IMG/VR virus record: IMGVR_UViG_3300012231_000008
Coordinates: 4,334-68,333 of that record
Reading direction: 5' to 3' (one strand)
Source of the DNA: a virus
Taxonomy: Duplodnaviria; Caudoviricetes
Length of the DNA: 64,000 bases
Shown here: piece by piece, positions 1-8,664 of the stretch
Layout: every line of letters starts with the position of its first letter
How positions within the stretch are numbered: position 1 is the first letter of the stretch
Made by a program: the position numbers and the translations under genes
The notes under the pieces: model-generated
What the model was told of the DNA's origin: nothing
The model's input: the letters and a program-made list of their open reading frames with translations, nothing else
Databases searched by the model: none

Positions 1-2
1 CT

Positions 3-308
3 AAGACAACGACGAAGACCGACAGGTCGTGGGCGCCCAAGTGGCATATAGGCCTCGGGTATTGGACCCGGTCGAACACCGAAATCTGCTTGCTCGGCAC
101 AAAGGGCGAGCCCAAGCGCGTCTCCAAGGCGGTGCGCCAGCTCCTGATCGCCCCGCGCCGAGAGCATTCCCGCAAACCGGATGAGTTTTACGCCAGCGTA
201 GAGGCGCTTGTGCCTGGGCCGTATCTCGAGCTGTTCGCGCGTCAGGCGCGGCCGGGATGGGCGGCATGGGGCAATGAAACCACCAAGTTCAATGAGGCTG
301 CAGAATGA
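3..308 (+). CDS. MT-A70 family adenine methyltransferase, C-terminal part (5' truncated by window)
   Basis: Frame open from base 3: GLGYWTRSNTEICLLGTKG...RREHSRKPDEFY...YLELFARQARPGWAAWGNE, the typical MT-A70 C-terminus. Confidence 0.85.
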   Translation, partial: KTTTKTDRSWAPKWHIGLGYWTRSNTEICLLGTKGEPKRVSKAVRQLLIAPRREHSRKPDEFYASVEALVPGPYLELFARQARPGWAAWGNETTKFNEAAE

Positions 309-502
309 AACTCCCCACCGACGCCGAAACCATCAAGCGCCTGAAGCAGCAGAATAGGCTCCTGCAGAAACGGCTCGATGCCGAAGTCTTAGCAAGAGAC
401 CGGCTGGAAGAAGAACTCAGGGTTATCAGAAACGCAGAACATGCCAGGGCTTCAAGGGCGTCTTATGGAACGGGAGTGGGGGTCAGAAATGGCCACGGTT
501 AA
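305..502 (+). CDS. Hypothetical coiled-coil protein
   Basis: ATGA overlap with upstream stop; helical 65 aa. Confidence 0.6.
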   Translation: MKLPTDAETIKRLKQQNRLLQKRLDAEVLARDRLEEELRVIRNAEHARASRASYGTGVGVRNGHG

Positions 503-695
503 GACCCTGCCGCCCCAAAACCAGGCGAAGCCCAAGCAGCCATGGCGTAGGCCAGGCGCCCATTGCTCCAACTGCGTATCGGCGAAGCCCTTCCGCAAGC
601 GGGTATCTCTACTTGGTCTTGTTCTTTGGTGTCTGCATCACGAGGACCACAGGCTGGCGCTCTCGTGCTGCGAGGCGTGGGTAAGGAGGAAGTGA
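489..695 (+). CDS. Small Cys-rich hypothetical protein
   Basis: ATG 489; CxxC...C...CC pattern; coupled to next ORF. Confidence 0.5.
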   Translation: MATVKTLPPQNQAKPKQPWRRPGAHCSNCVSAKPFRKRVSLLGLVLWCLHHEDHRLALSCCEAWVRRK

Positions 696-940
696 TGGCG
701 GTCGTCCAGATGTTTCACAGGGAACATTTCAAACCTGAAACAGACATCACGGAAATGACGTGCAGCCGATGCAACCGATCTCGTGCGCTGGTTCTCTTCC
801 TCACGCCGAAGAAAACCTACTCCACAGTCTGCCAAGCATGCCGGACTCCGGAGGAGAGCAAGGACGAGGCATTCATCCGGAAGGACTGCTTCTGGAGGAA
901 CCAGAGGATCGTGCCTCTGAGGGAGAAGATCGGTCGATGA
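695..940 (+). CDS. Hypothetical zinc-finger-like protein
   Basis: AGGAGG before ATG 695; CSRC and CQAC pairs. Confidence 0.6.
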   Translation: MAVVQMFHREHFKPETDITEMTCSRCNRSRALVLFLTPKKTYSTVCQACRTPEESKDEAFIRKDCFWRNQRIVPLREKIGR

Positions 941-1129
941 CCCGCGTCCCCTTTACGGGCCCCCCGAACCGCCGATCGAGCTACGCAGGGAACGCGGCTG
1001 CCCGACCGGCGGTAACGGTGAGCGCCCAATGGGGGAACGGGGGATCTTGGGCTGCTCACGATGGAGAGTGTGGCCTGCCGAGGCCGCGAGGAACAGGGTC
1101 GGAAAATACCTAGCGGACAGGAGGGGAGC

Positions 1130-1294
1130 ATGTGGTGCGTGAAAGCGGAGGCCCACGACGGCCAAGTCTACACGTTGGGCATCTTTCCGAACAGGCGGAC
1201 AGCCGAGAGCTACAAGATCGTGGCTAAGAGGTGGCGGCGGTTCTGGGTGGAGCCGACGCCGGCCAACAATCAGACGGAGAGCGCTCGGCCGTGA
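1130..1294 (+). CDS. Hypothetical protein
   Basis: GGAGGGGAG before ATG 1130; stop overlaps methylase GTG start. Confidence 0.5.
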   Translation: MWCVKAEAHDGQVYTLGIFPNRRTAESYKIVAKRWRRFWVEPTPANNQTESARP

Positions 1295-2916
1295 GGTACT
1301 TGTCAGTCTGTTCAGGTATCGAAGCTGCCACCGCAGCTTGGCATCCGCTGGGCTGGACGCCCGTTGCGTTCGCCGAGATCGAGCCGTTCCCAAGTGCCGT
1401 GCTCAAGCACCATTACCCGCATGTGCCCAATCTGGGCGACTTCACCAAGATAGAGGCTTCGGATGTCGGCCCAATTGACCTTCTTGTCGGAGGAACCCCC
1501 TGCCAATCCTTCTCGGTCGCCGGCAAGCGCCTCGGAATGGATGACCCGCGTGGCAACTTGGCCCTTGAATTTTGTGCGCTTGCTCGCCGACTTCAGCCCC
1601 GCTTCTTGGTCTGGGAAAACGTCCCTGGGGTACATTCCTCCTGGTCCGGTGCGCCGGAGTGTGACGACATCGAAGGGGACGAAGACAGTGACTTCGGGGC
1701 ATTCCTCGACGCCTTGGAGGAGTGCGGGTATTCGGCATGCTGGCGAGTCCTGGACGCTCAATATGTCCGAGTGGACTCACACGCTCGTGCCGTCCCACAG
1801 CGACGGGAGCGTGTCTTCGTTGTCGGATATCTTGGAGACTGGCGACCACCTGCGGCCGTACTACTTGAGCCCGAGGGCCTGCGCGGGGATTCTCCGCCGC
1901 GCCGCCAAGCGCGACAAGACATTGCCGGCAGCCTTGGAGCGGGCTCTAAGCGCAGTGGCGGGCGAGTTGGCCGACGAGAAGCCGCAGCCAATCATCTGAT
2001 CGCCGGGACGCTCAATGGGAACGGCAAGGCTGCCGGCAGCGCTACGCAGCAAGACGCCGAAACCGGCATGCTGGTGCCATTGAATAGTCTGGGGGGGGCA
2101 AGCCACTCCCTGACGGCGCGTCACAGTCGGACGGGTCGCTACGATCCGAATGGCGAGACGTTCGTGGGCTTCTCCTGCAAGGACCACGGCGCGGACGCGC
2201 AGGAGGACTACACCCCGACACTAAGAGCGATGGGCCACAGCAGGAGCCACGCGAATGCGGGCGGCCAACTGGCGGTAGCCCACACGCTCAAGGGAGGTGG
2301 CTTCGATGCGTCGGAGGACGGCACGGGGCGCGGCACGCCGCTGGTCCCAACCGTCTACTCGATCATGCCTCAGAACAGCGGCAAGGACTACAAGGCGCGG
2401 CCCGTCGATGTCGCGCAACCAGTGATGGCGGGTGGGCCTGTAGGCGGCAACCAAGGCGGCGACTTCGTGATGCAGCCACTCGCCTTCGACACCACGCAAA
2501 TCACCTCCAAGGCGAACCGTTGCCAGCCGGAAGCGGGTGGCCCGTGCCACCCGCTTCCGGCACACGGCCACGCGCCGGCGCTAGCCTTCCATGCCCGACA
2601 AGACCCAGACAGCGGAGAGGTCACGCATCCGCTGGATACCGATGGATTCTCCATCGGTATCCAGCAAGCCTGTGCCGTCCGCAGGCTCACGCCCAGAGAG
2701 TGCGAGCGCCTCATGGGATACGAGGACGACTTCACGCTGATCACCTATCGCGGCAAGCCAGCCGCAGACGGCCCTCGCTATCGAGCGCTCGGCAACAGCA
2801 TGTGCGTGAACGTCATGGCCTGGATCGGCCAGCGCATTGCTCTGTTCGAAACAATCGCCGCCCGCGCTGAGGGTCTAAATCCGGCAGCCACAACCACCGA
2901 GGTCTCACGCCCATGA
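1291..2916 (+). CDS. C5 cytosine DNA methyltransferase with long variable region
   Basis: GTG 1291; motifs YLSVCSGIEA (I), GGTPCQSFS (IV), ENVPG (VI), QRRERVF (VIII), RRLTPRECERLMG (IX), RYRALGNS (X). Confidence 0.95.
   Translation: MRYLSVCSGIEAATAAWHPLGWTPVAFAEIEPFPSAVLKHHYPHVPNLGDFTKIEASDVGPIDLLVGGTPCQSFSVAGKRLGMDDPRGNLALEFCALARRLQPRFLVWENVPGVHSSWSGAPECDDIEGDEDSDFGAFLDALEECGYSACWRVLDAQYVRVDSHARAVPQRRERVFVVGYLGDWRPPAAVLLEPEGLRGDSPPRRQARQDIAGSLGAGSKRSGGRVGRREAAANHLIAGTLNGNGKAAGSATQQDAETGMLVPLNSLGGASHSLTARHSRTGRYDPNGETFVGFSCKDHGADAQEDYTPTLRAMGHSRSHANAGGQLAVAHTLKGGGFDASEDGTGRGTPLVPTVYSIMPQNSGKDYKARPVDVAQPVMAGGPVGGNQGGDFVMQPLAFDTTQITSKANRCQPEAGGPCHPLPAHGHAPALAFHARQDPDSGEVTHPLDTDGFSIGIQQACAVRRLTPRECERLMGYEDDFTLITYRGKPAADGPRYRALGNSMCVNVMAWIGQRIALFETIAARAEGLNPAATTTEVSRP
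1463..1999 (+). CDS. Overprinted ORF inside the C5 methylase, resembling the alternative-frame beta polypeptide of M.EcoHK31I-type methylases
   Basis: 178 aa in +1 frame; AGAGG 7 nt before ATG; ends SSLSDILETG...YYLSPRACAGILRRA...LPAALERAL. Confidence 0.6.
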   Translation: MSAQLTFLSEEPPANPSRSPASASEWMTRVATWPLNFVRLLADFSPASWSGKTSLGYIPPGPVRRSVTTSKGTKTVTSGHSSTPWRSAGIRHAGESWTLNMSEWTHTLVPSHSDGSVSSLSDILETGDHLRPYYLSPRACAGILRRAAKRDKTLPAALERALSAVAGELADEKPQPII

Positions 2917-3524
2917 AGAAACCCCTCAAGTACGCCTTCGGCATCGTCATGCTTGTGTTGCTGGCGATCGTCTTCGCGAGCGAAAGCCGAAGCCAGGAGT
3001 ATCATTGCCGCTACGTGCAGCGCACCTATCCATCCTGGGATAGCTGGACGGGGCAGGTCGTTACCCGCTGGCGTTACGTCCGCAAGTGCCACCGCAACCA
3101 CGCATACTACCTACCGGAGGATGACCGCAGGACGCGGGTCTATTCCTACGTGCGGCGGGATGACGACGACCGCAGGGCAGGCCGCGAAGACCGCGGCAAG
3201 TGCGCTCGAGACGAGGAGTCCCACCGTCCCGTCTGGATCGATGTCCTATCCACCGAACACCAGAGCGAGGAGAGCGCTCGCGAAGCCGCACGTAAGGCAT
3301 GGATGGCGCGCTCTCAGTGGGAAGTCGGCGGCGCCTACATGAACCTGGACGAGGCCGAGGGCGTCCGCTGGCGCTGCGGCCCAAGCAATGCTCACGACAC
3401 GGCCTCCGGCAGGATCTCGGAAGCCGTCGGCACTGTGACTGGCAAGGGCGGCCAGAATGTCAGGTGCGCTCTGTCCGCGCGGCCGTGCAAAGGCCCGAGG
3501 GAAAGCGATAGGGGGCGGCGATGA
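2913..3524 (+). CDS. Hypothetical exported/membrane-anchored protein
   Basis: ATGA overlap; N-terminal hydrophobic signal (YAFGIVMLVLLAIVFA). Confidence 0.7.
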   Translation: MKKPLKYAFGIVMLVLLAIVFASESRSQEYHCRYVQRTYPSWDSWTGQVVTRWRYVRKCHRNHAYYLPEDDRRTRVYSYVRRDDDDRRAGREDRGKCARDEESHRPVWIDVLSTEHQSEESAREAARKAWMARSQWEVGGAYMNLDEAEGVRWRCGPSNAHDTASGRISEAVGTVTGKGGQNVRCALSARPCKGPRESDRGRR

Positions 3525-3700
3525 GCGTGTTCATTGACATGGTCTTCGGCAGCCGATCCGGGAAGAAGACGAAGCTCGGCAAGGGCTACCGCTTAGACAA
3601 GAACGGAAAGCTCGTGAAGATCGCGCCGAACGCATCGGCGAAAGCGAAGTGGCAGGGTTCGAAGCGCGTGCGCGTAGCTCGGCGGGGGACGCCAAAATGA
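3521..3700 (+). CDS. Small basic hypothetical protein (59 aa, not in ORF track)
   Basis: ATGA overlaps at both ends; MSVFIDMVFGSRSGKKTKLGKGYRLDKNGK... Confidence 0.55.
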   Translation: MSVFIDMVFGSRSGKKTKLGKGYRLDKNGKLVKIAPNASAKAKWQGSKRVRVARRGTPK

Positions 3701-3915
3701 TCGAGTGGATCATGATTTTGCAGATCGCCTTAACCGGCCAAGTTGTCCCAATCGACGTTACATCTAAGCAGGAATGCTTGGACGCCAAGGCCAGGGTAGA
3801 GGCTGGCGAGAAGATGACACTTACGCTCAAGAGCGGCATTGGCGGCGTTCTGGTGCCGGTAGAGAAGGTATTGGCGTGCGTGTCGAAGAATGGGGATGGT
3901 GGAGGGGTGTCCTGA
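3697..3915 (+). CDS. Hypothetical protein
   Basis: ATGA coupling; MIEWIMILQIALTG... Confidence 0.55.
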   Translation: MIEWIMILQIALTGQVVPIDVTSKQECLDAKARVEAGEKMTLTLKSGIGGVLVPVEKVLACVSKNGDGGGVS

Positions 3916-4130
3916 CCGACAACGTCATCCCCTTCACCGGCGGCACCTTTGCGCCTGTTGATCCAGACGCAGTCCTCGAAGGCCAGAAGGGCAAGCTCAA
4001 GGACGTGTTCGTCATCGGCTACGACCAGAACGGCTATCTCATCTGTGCATCAAGCTCGGGGTATCTACCTGATCTGCTTTGGTTGCTGGAGCGGGCTCGT
4101 CGGCAAGTGAATAGGCAGGCTGATCTATGA
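3912..4130 (+). CDS. Small phage hypothetical protein, apparent CTG start
   Basis: GGAGG 6 nt before CTG 3912, which overlaps upstream TGA; reads (M)TDNVIPFTG...VFVIGYDQNG. Confidence 0.55.
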   Translation: MTDNVIPFTGGTFAPVDPDAVLEGQKGKLKDVFVIGYDQNGYLICASSSGYLPDLLWLLERARRQVNRQADL

Positions 4131-4220
4131 AAAACGATGACTACTCATGAAAAACGATGACCATGCCTACGCCGTCGCCATATCGGGCATGACGTGGCGT
4201 AAATTCGAGGTTTTGACGAC

Positions 4221-4865
4221 ATGAGAAGCGAAGTCAACGACGGCACCGCCGTAGAATCCCGGCGCTCCATTGTGTCCGAGGTCCCTCTCGACGGGCGAGG
4301 GAAGCAGGACGGGGAGCCGCGGGAGCGTGCGCTTACCCTGGTCGAGAAGCTCTATCAGGCTGGCATCCTTTCTTACGACGAGTGGGTAGCCGGCGGCCAG
4401 CTCAGGACCATGTTCTTTTTGGTCGAGGCGCCATCCGAGGGCGTCTCGAGCTACGGCCAGTCTACTGGGCGCGCGGACCCCACCCGCAAGGGCGACCGCA
4501 AGGCGAAGCGCCTCACCGGCATCGAGGTGGCAATAAACGGCGACATTCACCGGGGCCAATCCAGGAACAACCGCGCCGACGTGTGGAAGTACCGGGACGC
4601 CATGTTCGCGATGTGCGGGGTTGCCAACGAGGACGGCGACAAGGTGCTCGACGCCCAGGCCGCCAAGATCATGCTCCGGAGCGTCGTCGACAGCGAATAC
4701 ATGCCCACCCAGACCGAAATCGGCAGGGCTCGGGCCACCTACATCAAGGACGACGGCAATAAGCCGAGCAAACAGGTGACGGCGATCGGGGCCTTCTTCG
4801 TGAAGGAGCACCTCCGGAGGCTGGCTATGCACATGGGGATGGTGAAGGGGGAGGCTGTGAAGTGA
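4221..4865 (+). CDS. Putative late-gene regulator (position typical of Q-like/late activators)
   Basis: 214 aa just upstream of late promoter; LYQAGILSYDEWVAGGQLR; function inferred from position only. Confidence 0.4.
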   Translation: MRSEVNDGTAVESRRSIVSEVPLDGRGKQDGEPRERALTLVEKLYQAGILSYDEWVAGGQLRTMFFLVEAPSEGVSSYGQSTGRADPTRKGDRKAKRLTGIEVAINGDIHRGQSRNNRADVWKYRDAMFAMCGVANEDGDKVLDAQAAKIMLRSVVDSEYMPTQTEIGRARATYIKDDGNKPSKQVTAIGAFFVKEHLRRLAMHMGMVKGEAVK

Positions 4866-5521
4866 CACGCGCACGAAAGCCGCTGACCCATGATTATTTG
4901 GTTTCAGACGTGTTGTACGACGCGGTAGCAGGTGAATTTTACCGCCGCGCGACTGGCAAGATGTTGGGAACGCCAGACAAGTATGGCTACACCGTAGTGT
5001 GGTGCGGCGACAAGGCACACTTTGCTCATCGGCTAGCGTGGTTCTATGTCTACGGCGCATGGCCAGAGGGGCACGTGCATCATAAAAACGGTATCAAGAC
5101 GGATAATTCCATAGTTAATTTGGAGGACCTCGACAGCGCAGAGCATCTATTGCACCACCCATCGACCGTTGAGCGCCGGAAGCGGAAGTGGAAGCCTAAA
5201 TTCACACTCCTCAAGACGCCTAGCGTATTGATGCGGATACTCGCTGTGATGGGATTTGAGCTTGGGCGTTGGTCGGGCACATCCAAGAGGCCGTACCAAA
5301 TAGTATCGACCAGCACCAAGGAGCCAGTCGCTCGGCGCATGACTTTGGATGAGGTGGATGCTTGGGTGCAGGCGGAGCAAGAGCGACGGTGCGCATCAGA
5401 TGTGTCACTACCATCAAGCATGGTTCGGCTTGCTGTCAAAGGCGGGCGCTCACTGAGAGAGCGGAAGGGGATCATTTATTCGCGCGTAGAATCTGCGGGC
5501 AACTGGGCATCCCGTAAGTAG
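4862..5521 (+). CDS. HNH endonuclease (homing-type)
   Basis: AHRLAWFYVYG...HVHHKNGIKTDNSIVNL; lower GC than flanks. Confidence 0.9.
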   Translation: MTRARKPLTHDYLVSDVLYDAVAGEFYRRATGKMLGTPDKYGYTVVWCGDKAHFAHRLAWFYVYGAWPEGHVHHKNGIKTDNSIVNLEDLDSAEHLLHHPSTVERRKRKWKPKFTLLKTPSVLMRILAVMGFELGRWSGTSKRPYQIVSTSTKEPVARRMTLDEVDAWVQAEQERRCASDVSLPSSMVRLAVKGGRSLRERKGIIYSRVESAGNWASRK

Positions 5522-5529
5522 GCGCCCTA

Positions 5530-5585
5530 GATCACGGAAATGTGATCGAAACCCAGTTGACATTGCCTGGTGCACGTGGTAAGGG
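5530..5585 (+). promoter_or_regulatory. Sigma70-type late promoter with upstream palindromic site
   Basis: TTGACA 5557-5562, 17 bp, TG-n-TAAGGG 5580-5585; GATCAC-N6-GTGATC at 5530-5547. Confidence 0.55.
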
Positions 5586-5620
5586 CCTTAGACATTATCC
5601 TAGGATACCTATCTGAGATC

Positions 5621-5651
5621 AGGGCTCGCCGCGGCGGGCCTTCTCCATTTT
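5621..5651 (+). terminator. Candidate intrinsic terminator/attenuator just after late promoter
   Basis: GGCTCGCC/GGCGGGCC stem followed by TTCTCCATTTT. Confidence 0.45.
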
Positions 5652-5857
5652 CGGCCTCCCCCGCCACCCATCACGATCCCATTTGGCCATCTCCGGTTGG
5701 CCAACCGTAGCACCGAGGTATCCCCTCGGCGCATGCCCACCTTGGGCGTTTTCCTCCCTCAGACTTGGGCTCCAGGCCCGAAACTTGGAGCCCTCTTTTG
5801 TCCCTTTGCCAGTGCCCAGAGTTTTCCGTCTCGCCAAGCGCCAACGACCGCACACCC

Positions 5858-6103
5858 ATGATCATGAGCACGCGGGTTTCACGGCCAAAGCAGACGGAAA
5901 TCCTCTCGAGAGCCCAGATGAGCAAGCCCACCGCCCTGACCGACTCCGACCTCGACGAGCAGGATCTCCGGCTCACCAAGGGCTGGGTGATCAGGTACGA
6001 CGTCATGCGGGCGCTCGTTGCCATGGCACGGGAGCGGAACGCCTACGTTCGGGCGTCTGAGGATGAGAGGATCAAGCGGGCGATCCAGGGAGCCATGGCG
6101 TGA
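5858..6103 (+). CDS. Hypothetical protein
   Basis: First ORF after late promoter; start 5858 or 5864; GTGA coupling downstream. Confidence 0.55.
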   Translation: MIMSTRVSRPKQTEILSRAQMSKPTALTDSDLDEQDLRLTKGWVIRYDVMRALVAMARERNAYVRASEDERIKRAIQGAMA

Positions 6104-6435
6104 CCCGCGTCGTCATCGCCACCTTCGCAATGATGGTCGCCTTGATGACGTTGGCGCACCGCGCAAGGGCTCACTCCTGGTACGATCCAGAGTGCTGTTC
6201 TGGTATGGACTGCGCCGTGGTCGAGAAGGTCGAGGTGGTGCCCACCTCTGCGATCGCCAGCATGCTAGTCCCGCCAGCCCAGGCCTCACCCCCGTCCATC
6301 ATGTTCGTGACGACCAAGCACGGGACGGCCCAGGTTCCCCACAACATGCAGTTCCGGGAATCCAAGGACAGCAACATGCACGCCTGCATCATCAAAGGCA
6401 GGCTGATCTGTCTCTACATGCCACCGGGGATGTAG
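6100..6435 (+). CDS. Small secreted Cys-containing protein
   Basis: Signal peptide then AHSWYDPECCSGMDC...HAC...LICLY. Confidence 0.7.
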   Translation: MTRVVIATFAMMVALMTLAHRARAHSWYDPECCSGMDCAVVEKVEVVPTSAIASMLVPPAQASPPSIMFVTTKHGTAQVPHNMQFRESKDSNMHACIIKGRLICLYMPPGM

Positions 6436-6438
6436 CCC

Positions 6439-6573
6439 ATGGCCAAAGCCATCACCGTCAAGCAACTCCGCGCCGAGTGCAAAGCCAGAAGGCTCAAGGG
6501 CTATTCGAAGATGCGGCGGAAGGAGCTGCTCGAGCTGTTGGCGCGTCTGGCGCCCGACTTCCACCCTAACTGA
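6439..6573 (+). CDS. 44-aa Rho-N/SAP-like helix-extension-helix nucleic-acid-binding miniprotein (not in ORF track)
   Basis: TVKQLRAECKARRLKGYSKMRRKELLELL matches the Rho_N/SAP pattern. Confidence 0.7.
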   Translation: MAKAITVKQLRAECKARRLKGYSKMRRKELLELLARLAPDFHPN

Positions 6574-6687
6574 CGGCCGGACTGACGAAGTACACGCACG
6601 TCCGGCCGTTGATCAGCAAGGGGGGCTCCACTGGGGGACAGTGGGTTCGCTGATGTTCTCTCTCTACCCCACAACTGCGGCACAACA

Positions 6688-6954
6688 ATGACAATCGACC
6701 GCCGCGCCCAGAAGCGCATCCAAAACCGCCTCGCCAAGCACGGCATCACCTGGCTCCGCTGGGAACAGAACGACCCGCAGCTCATCACCATGAGAGCGAT
6801 CGTCGAGACCAGGTGCTCGCAGCGCTTCGCCAAGGCAGTCGTCTACCCACTCAACTGGCTCAAGAACGCAGGACCGCGGGTGATCGCCGACAGCATCCTC
6901 TGCGAGTTCGCGCGCCACAATGCAAAGACAATGCAATCGCAATGCCAGTCCTAA
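6688..6954 (+). CDS. Hypothetical protein
   Basis: 88-aa ORF overlapping terS start. Confidence 0.5.
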   Translation: MTIDRRAQKRIQNRLAKHGITWLRWEQNDPQLITMRAIVETRCSQRFAKAVVYPLNWLKNAGPRVIADSILCEFARHNAKTMQSQCQS

Positions 6955-7463
6955 CGAACGCCAAGCATGAGCGCTTCGCGCAGGAAATTGTTAAGTGCTC
7001 CAGCAGCCGCGATGCCTACAAAGCCGCAGGCTACAACAGTAAAAGCGATGCTGTAGCCGATGCAGCCGCCTCCCGACTGTTAAGCGATGTTAAGATTCAG
7101 GGGCGCATCGCAGAGCTTCAGGGCAGGGCCGCAGAGAAGGTCGCCCTGAACCGATCCTGGGTGCTCGAGCGGCTGATGCGCAACGCCCGTATCACCATGG
7201 GCGAGGAGAAGGTCAAGATCACCGTCAAGCCCAAGGACTCGACGGAGACCATTGATCTGGACATCACAATGCGGGATGCCGGCGCAGCCAACCGAGCACT
7301 CGAGCTCCTCGGCAAGACCGAAGAGGCTGCGGTGTTCATCGACCGCGTCGAGCATACCGGCAAGGACGGCGCTCCCCTGATGCCCGAGCCCTCCAACCGC
7401 GACATCGCCCGAGCGATCGCGGACATCCTGCGCACAGCCAAGGTCGAAGAAGCTGGAGAGTGA
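6942..7463 (+). CDS. terS: Terminase small subunit
   Basis: LTNAKHERFAQEIVK...AYKAAGY...AASRLLSDVKIQGRIAELQ...ANRALELLGK...DRVEHTGKDGAPL. Confidence 0.9.
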   Translation: MPVLTNAKHERFAQEIVKCSSSRDAYKAAGYNSKSDAVADAAASRLLSDVKIQGRIAELQGRAAEKVALNRSWVLERLMRNARITMGEEKVKITVKPKDSTETIDLDITMRDAGAANRALELLGKTEEAAVFIDRVEHTGKDGAPLMPEPSNRDIARAIADILRTAKVEEAGE

Positions 7464-7871
7464 ATGCCTCTCGATCCCATCAAAGGTGAAACCTTCGACG
7501 GCCTGAATACGGGTCCTCACATCACCATACCGCCGAGGCTGCTGGCGAACCTCTCGAACCTACAGACTGAGTACACCCTGAAGTCCAGGTTCATCGCTAA
7601 GAGCGCGAAGAAGCGCACTCGCGCCGTCTTCGACGATGCGGTCGCCAATGCAATCGAGGCGTTCGCCGAGAATGGCGCCCTTCGCCCCATCCGCTTCGAT
7701 GAGGACGACGTCGTCGTCCAGGTCTATCCCAGCGACTTCAAGGTTGCGGTCATCTTCCAGCGCTCGATCGCCGGGACCGTCCACTACTCCACCAGCTTCT
7801 ACGATCTGCCGCCGGCCGCCCTTGCCTGTCTGCTTGATGCAGCCGGGAAGAGAGCGCCAGCGACGCACTGA
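7464..7871 (+). CDS. Hypothetical protein
   Basis: 135-aa ORF abutting terS. Confidence 0.6.
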   Translation: MPLDPIKGETFDGLNTGPHITIPPRLLANLSNLQTEYTLKSRFIAKSAKKRTRAVFDDAVANAIEAFAENGALRPIRFDEDDVVVQVYPSDFKVAVIFQRSIAGTVHYSTSFYDLPPAALACLLDAAGKRAPATH

Positions 7872-7884
7872 GGTTTCTGCAACG

Positions 7885-8664
7885 ATGGCAATGAATGAAC
7901 AGGAGCTGCTGGCGGCGCTCGAGCGCACGCGCTTTTGGGCGTCTGACACGCAGGACCCTCGCCTGGCCGCCATGTATGAGCGCACCGCACAGAAGATTGA
8001 GGAAGAGCTTGCCAGGGTAGAGGCGGCAGCCAAGCAGCAGGTGGCGCTCAGTCAGAGCCGGGAGCTGCAGGTTGCGCAGCCGAGTCCCGCTGCGCCTGCG
8101 GTGGCCGCCGCACCCGCCACGTTCTCGCTCGAGTTCAAGGGGTTGCCGGAGGCCATCGCCGCGGTGCAGGGACTGCAGGCCACGCTGGCCGGTATCGCCG
8201 CAGCGATCAGCAGTCGTGATCTGGCCGATCTTACCGCCGCAGTCAACGCCAAGGATAAGGATGCCGGGGCTGGAAAGATCGAGGATCTCCTCGCAGTGGT
8301 GAGGGAGTTTGCGACGTCACTGGTCCCGGCGACGGTTGCGGGTGAGGTCAAGGAGTTCGCGTCCGCGTTTGTCCCGGACACCGTCGCGGAGGCTGTGCAG
8401 CCACTGCAGGTCGCCGTTGACCAATTCACGCAGGATGTCGCTGCCAACTGTGAGCAGGCTAACGCCAACGCCGAGCAGGCTTCTGCCCGCATTGCAAAGG
8501 TTGCGGCCGACGTCGAGCGTATCGCCGCCGAACAGCGCGCCCCGCGTAGCATCGTGACCGATAAGTCTGGCCGCGCCGTCGGTGTCAAGACCGGCAAGGG
8601 CGTGCGCAAGATCATCAGGGATGAGTCTGGTCGGCCCGTGGGTCTCGAGGGCGAGGCTAGCTAA
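7885..8664 (+). CDS. Ala-rich coiled-coil protein, likely virion-associated
   Basis: ATG 7885; C-terminal IVTDKSGRAVGV / IIRDESGRPVGL doublet; TAATG coupling. Confidence 0.65.
   Translation: MAMNEQELLAALERTRFWASDTQDPRLAAMYERTAQKIEEELARVEAAAKQQVALSQSRELQVAQPSPAAPAVAAAPATFSLEFKGLPEAIAAVQGLQATLAGIAAAISSRDLADLTAAVNAKDKDAGAGKIEDLLAVVREFATSLVPATVAGEVKEFASAFVPDTVAEAVQPLQVAVDQFTQDVAANCEQANANAEQASARIAKVAADVERIAAEQRAPRSIVTDKSGRAVGVKTGKGVRKIIRDESGRPVGLEGEAS

Noticed and set aside
6813-6941. Upstream extension of terS given by the ORF track
   Set aside because: Overlaps 6688-6954; the terS motif begins at ATG 6942
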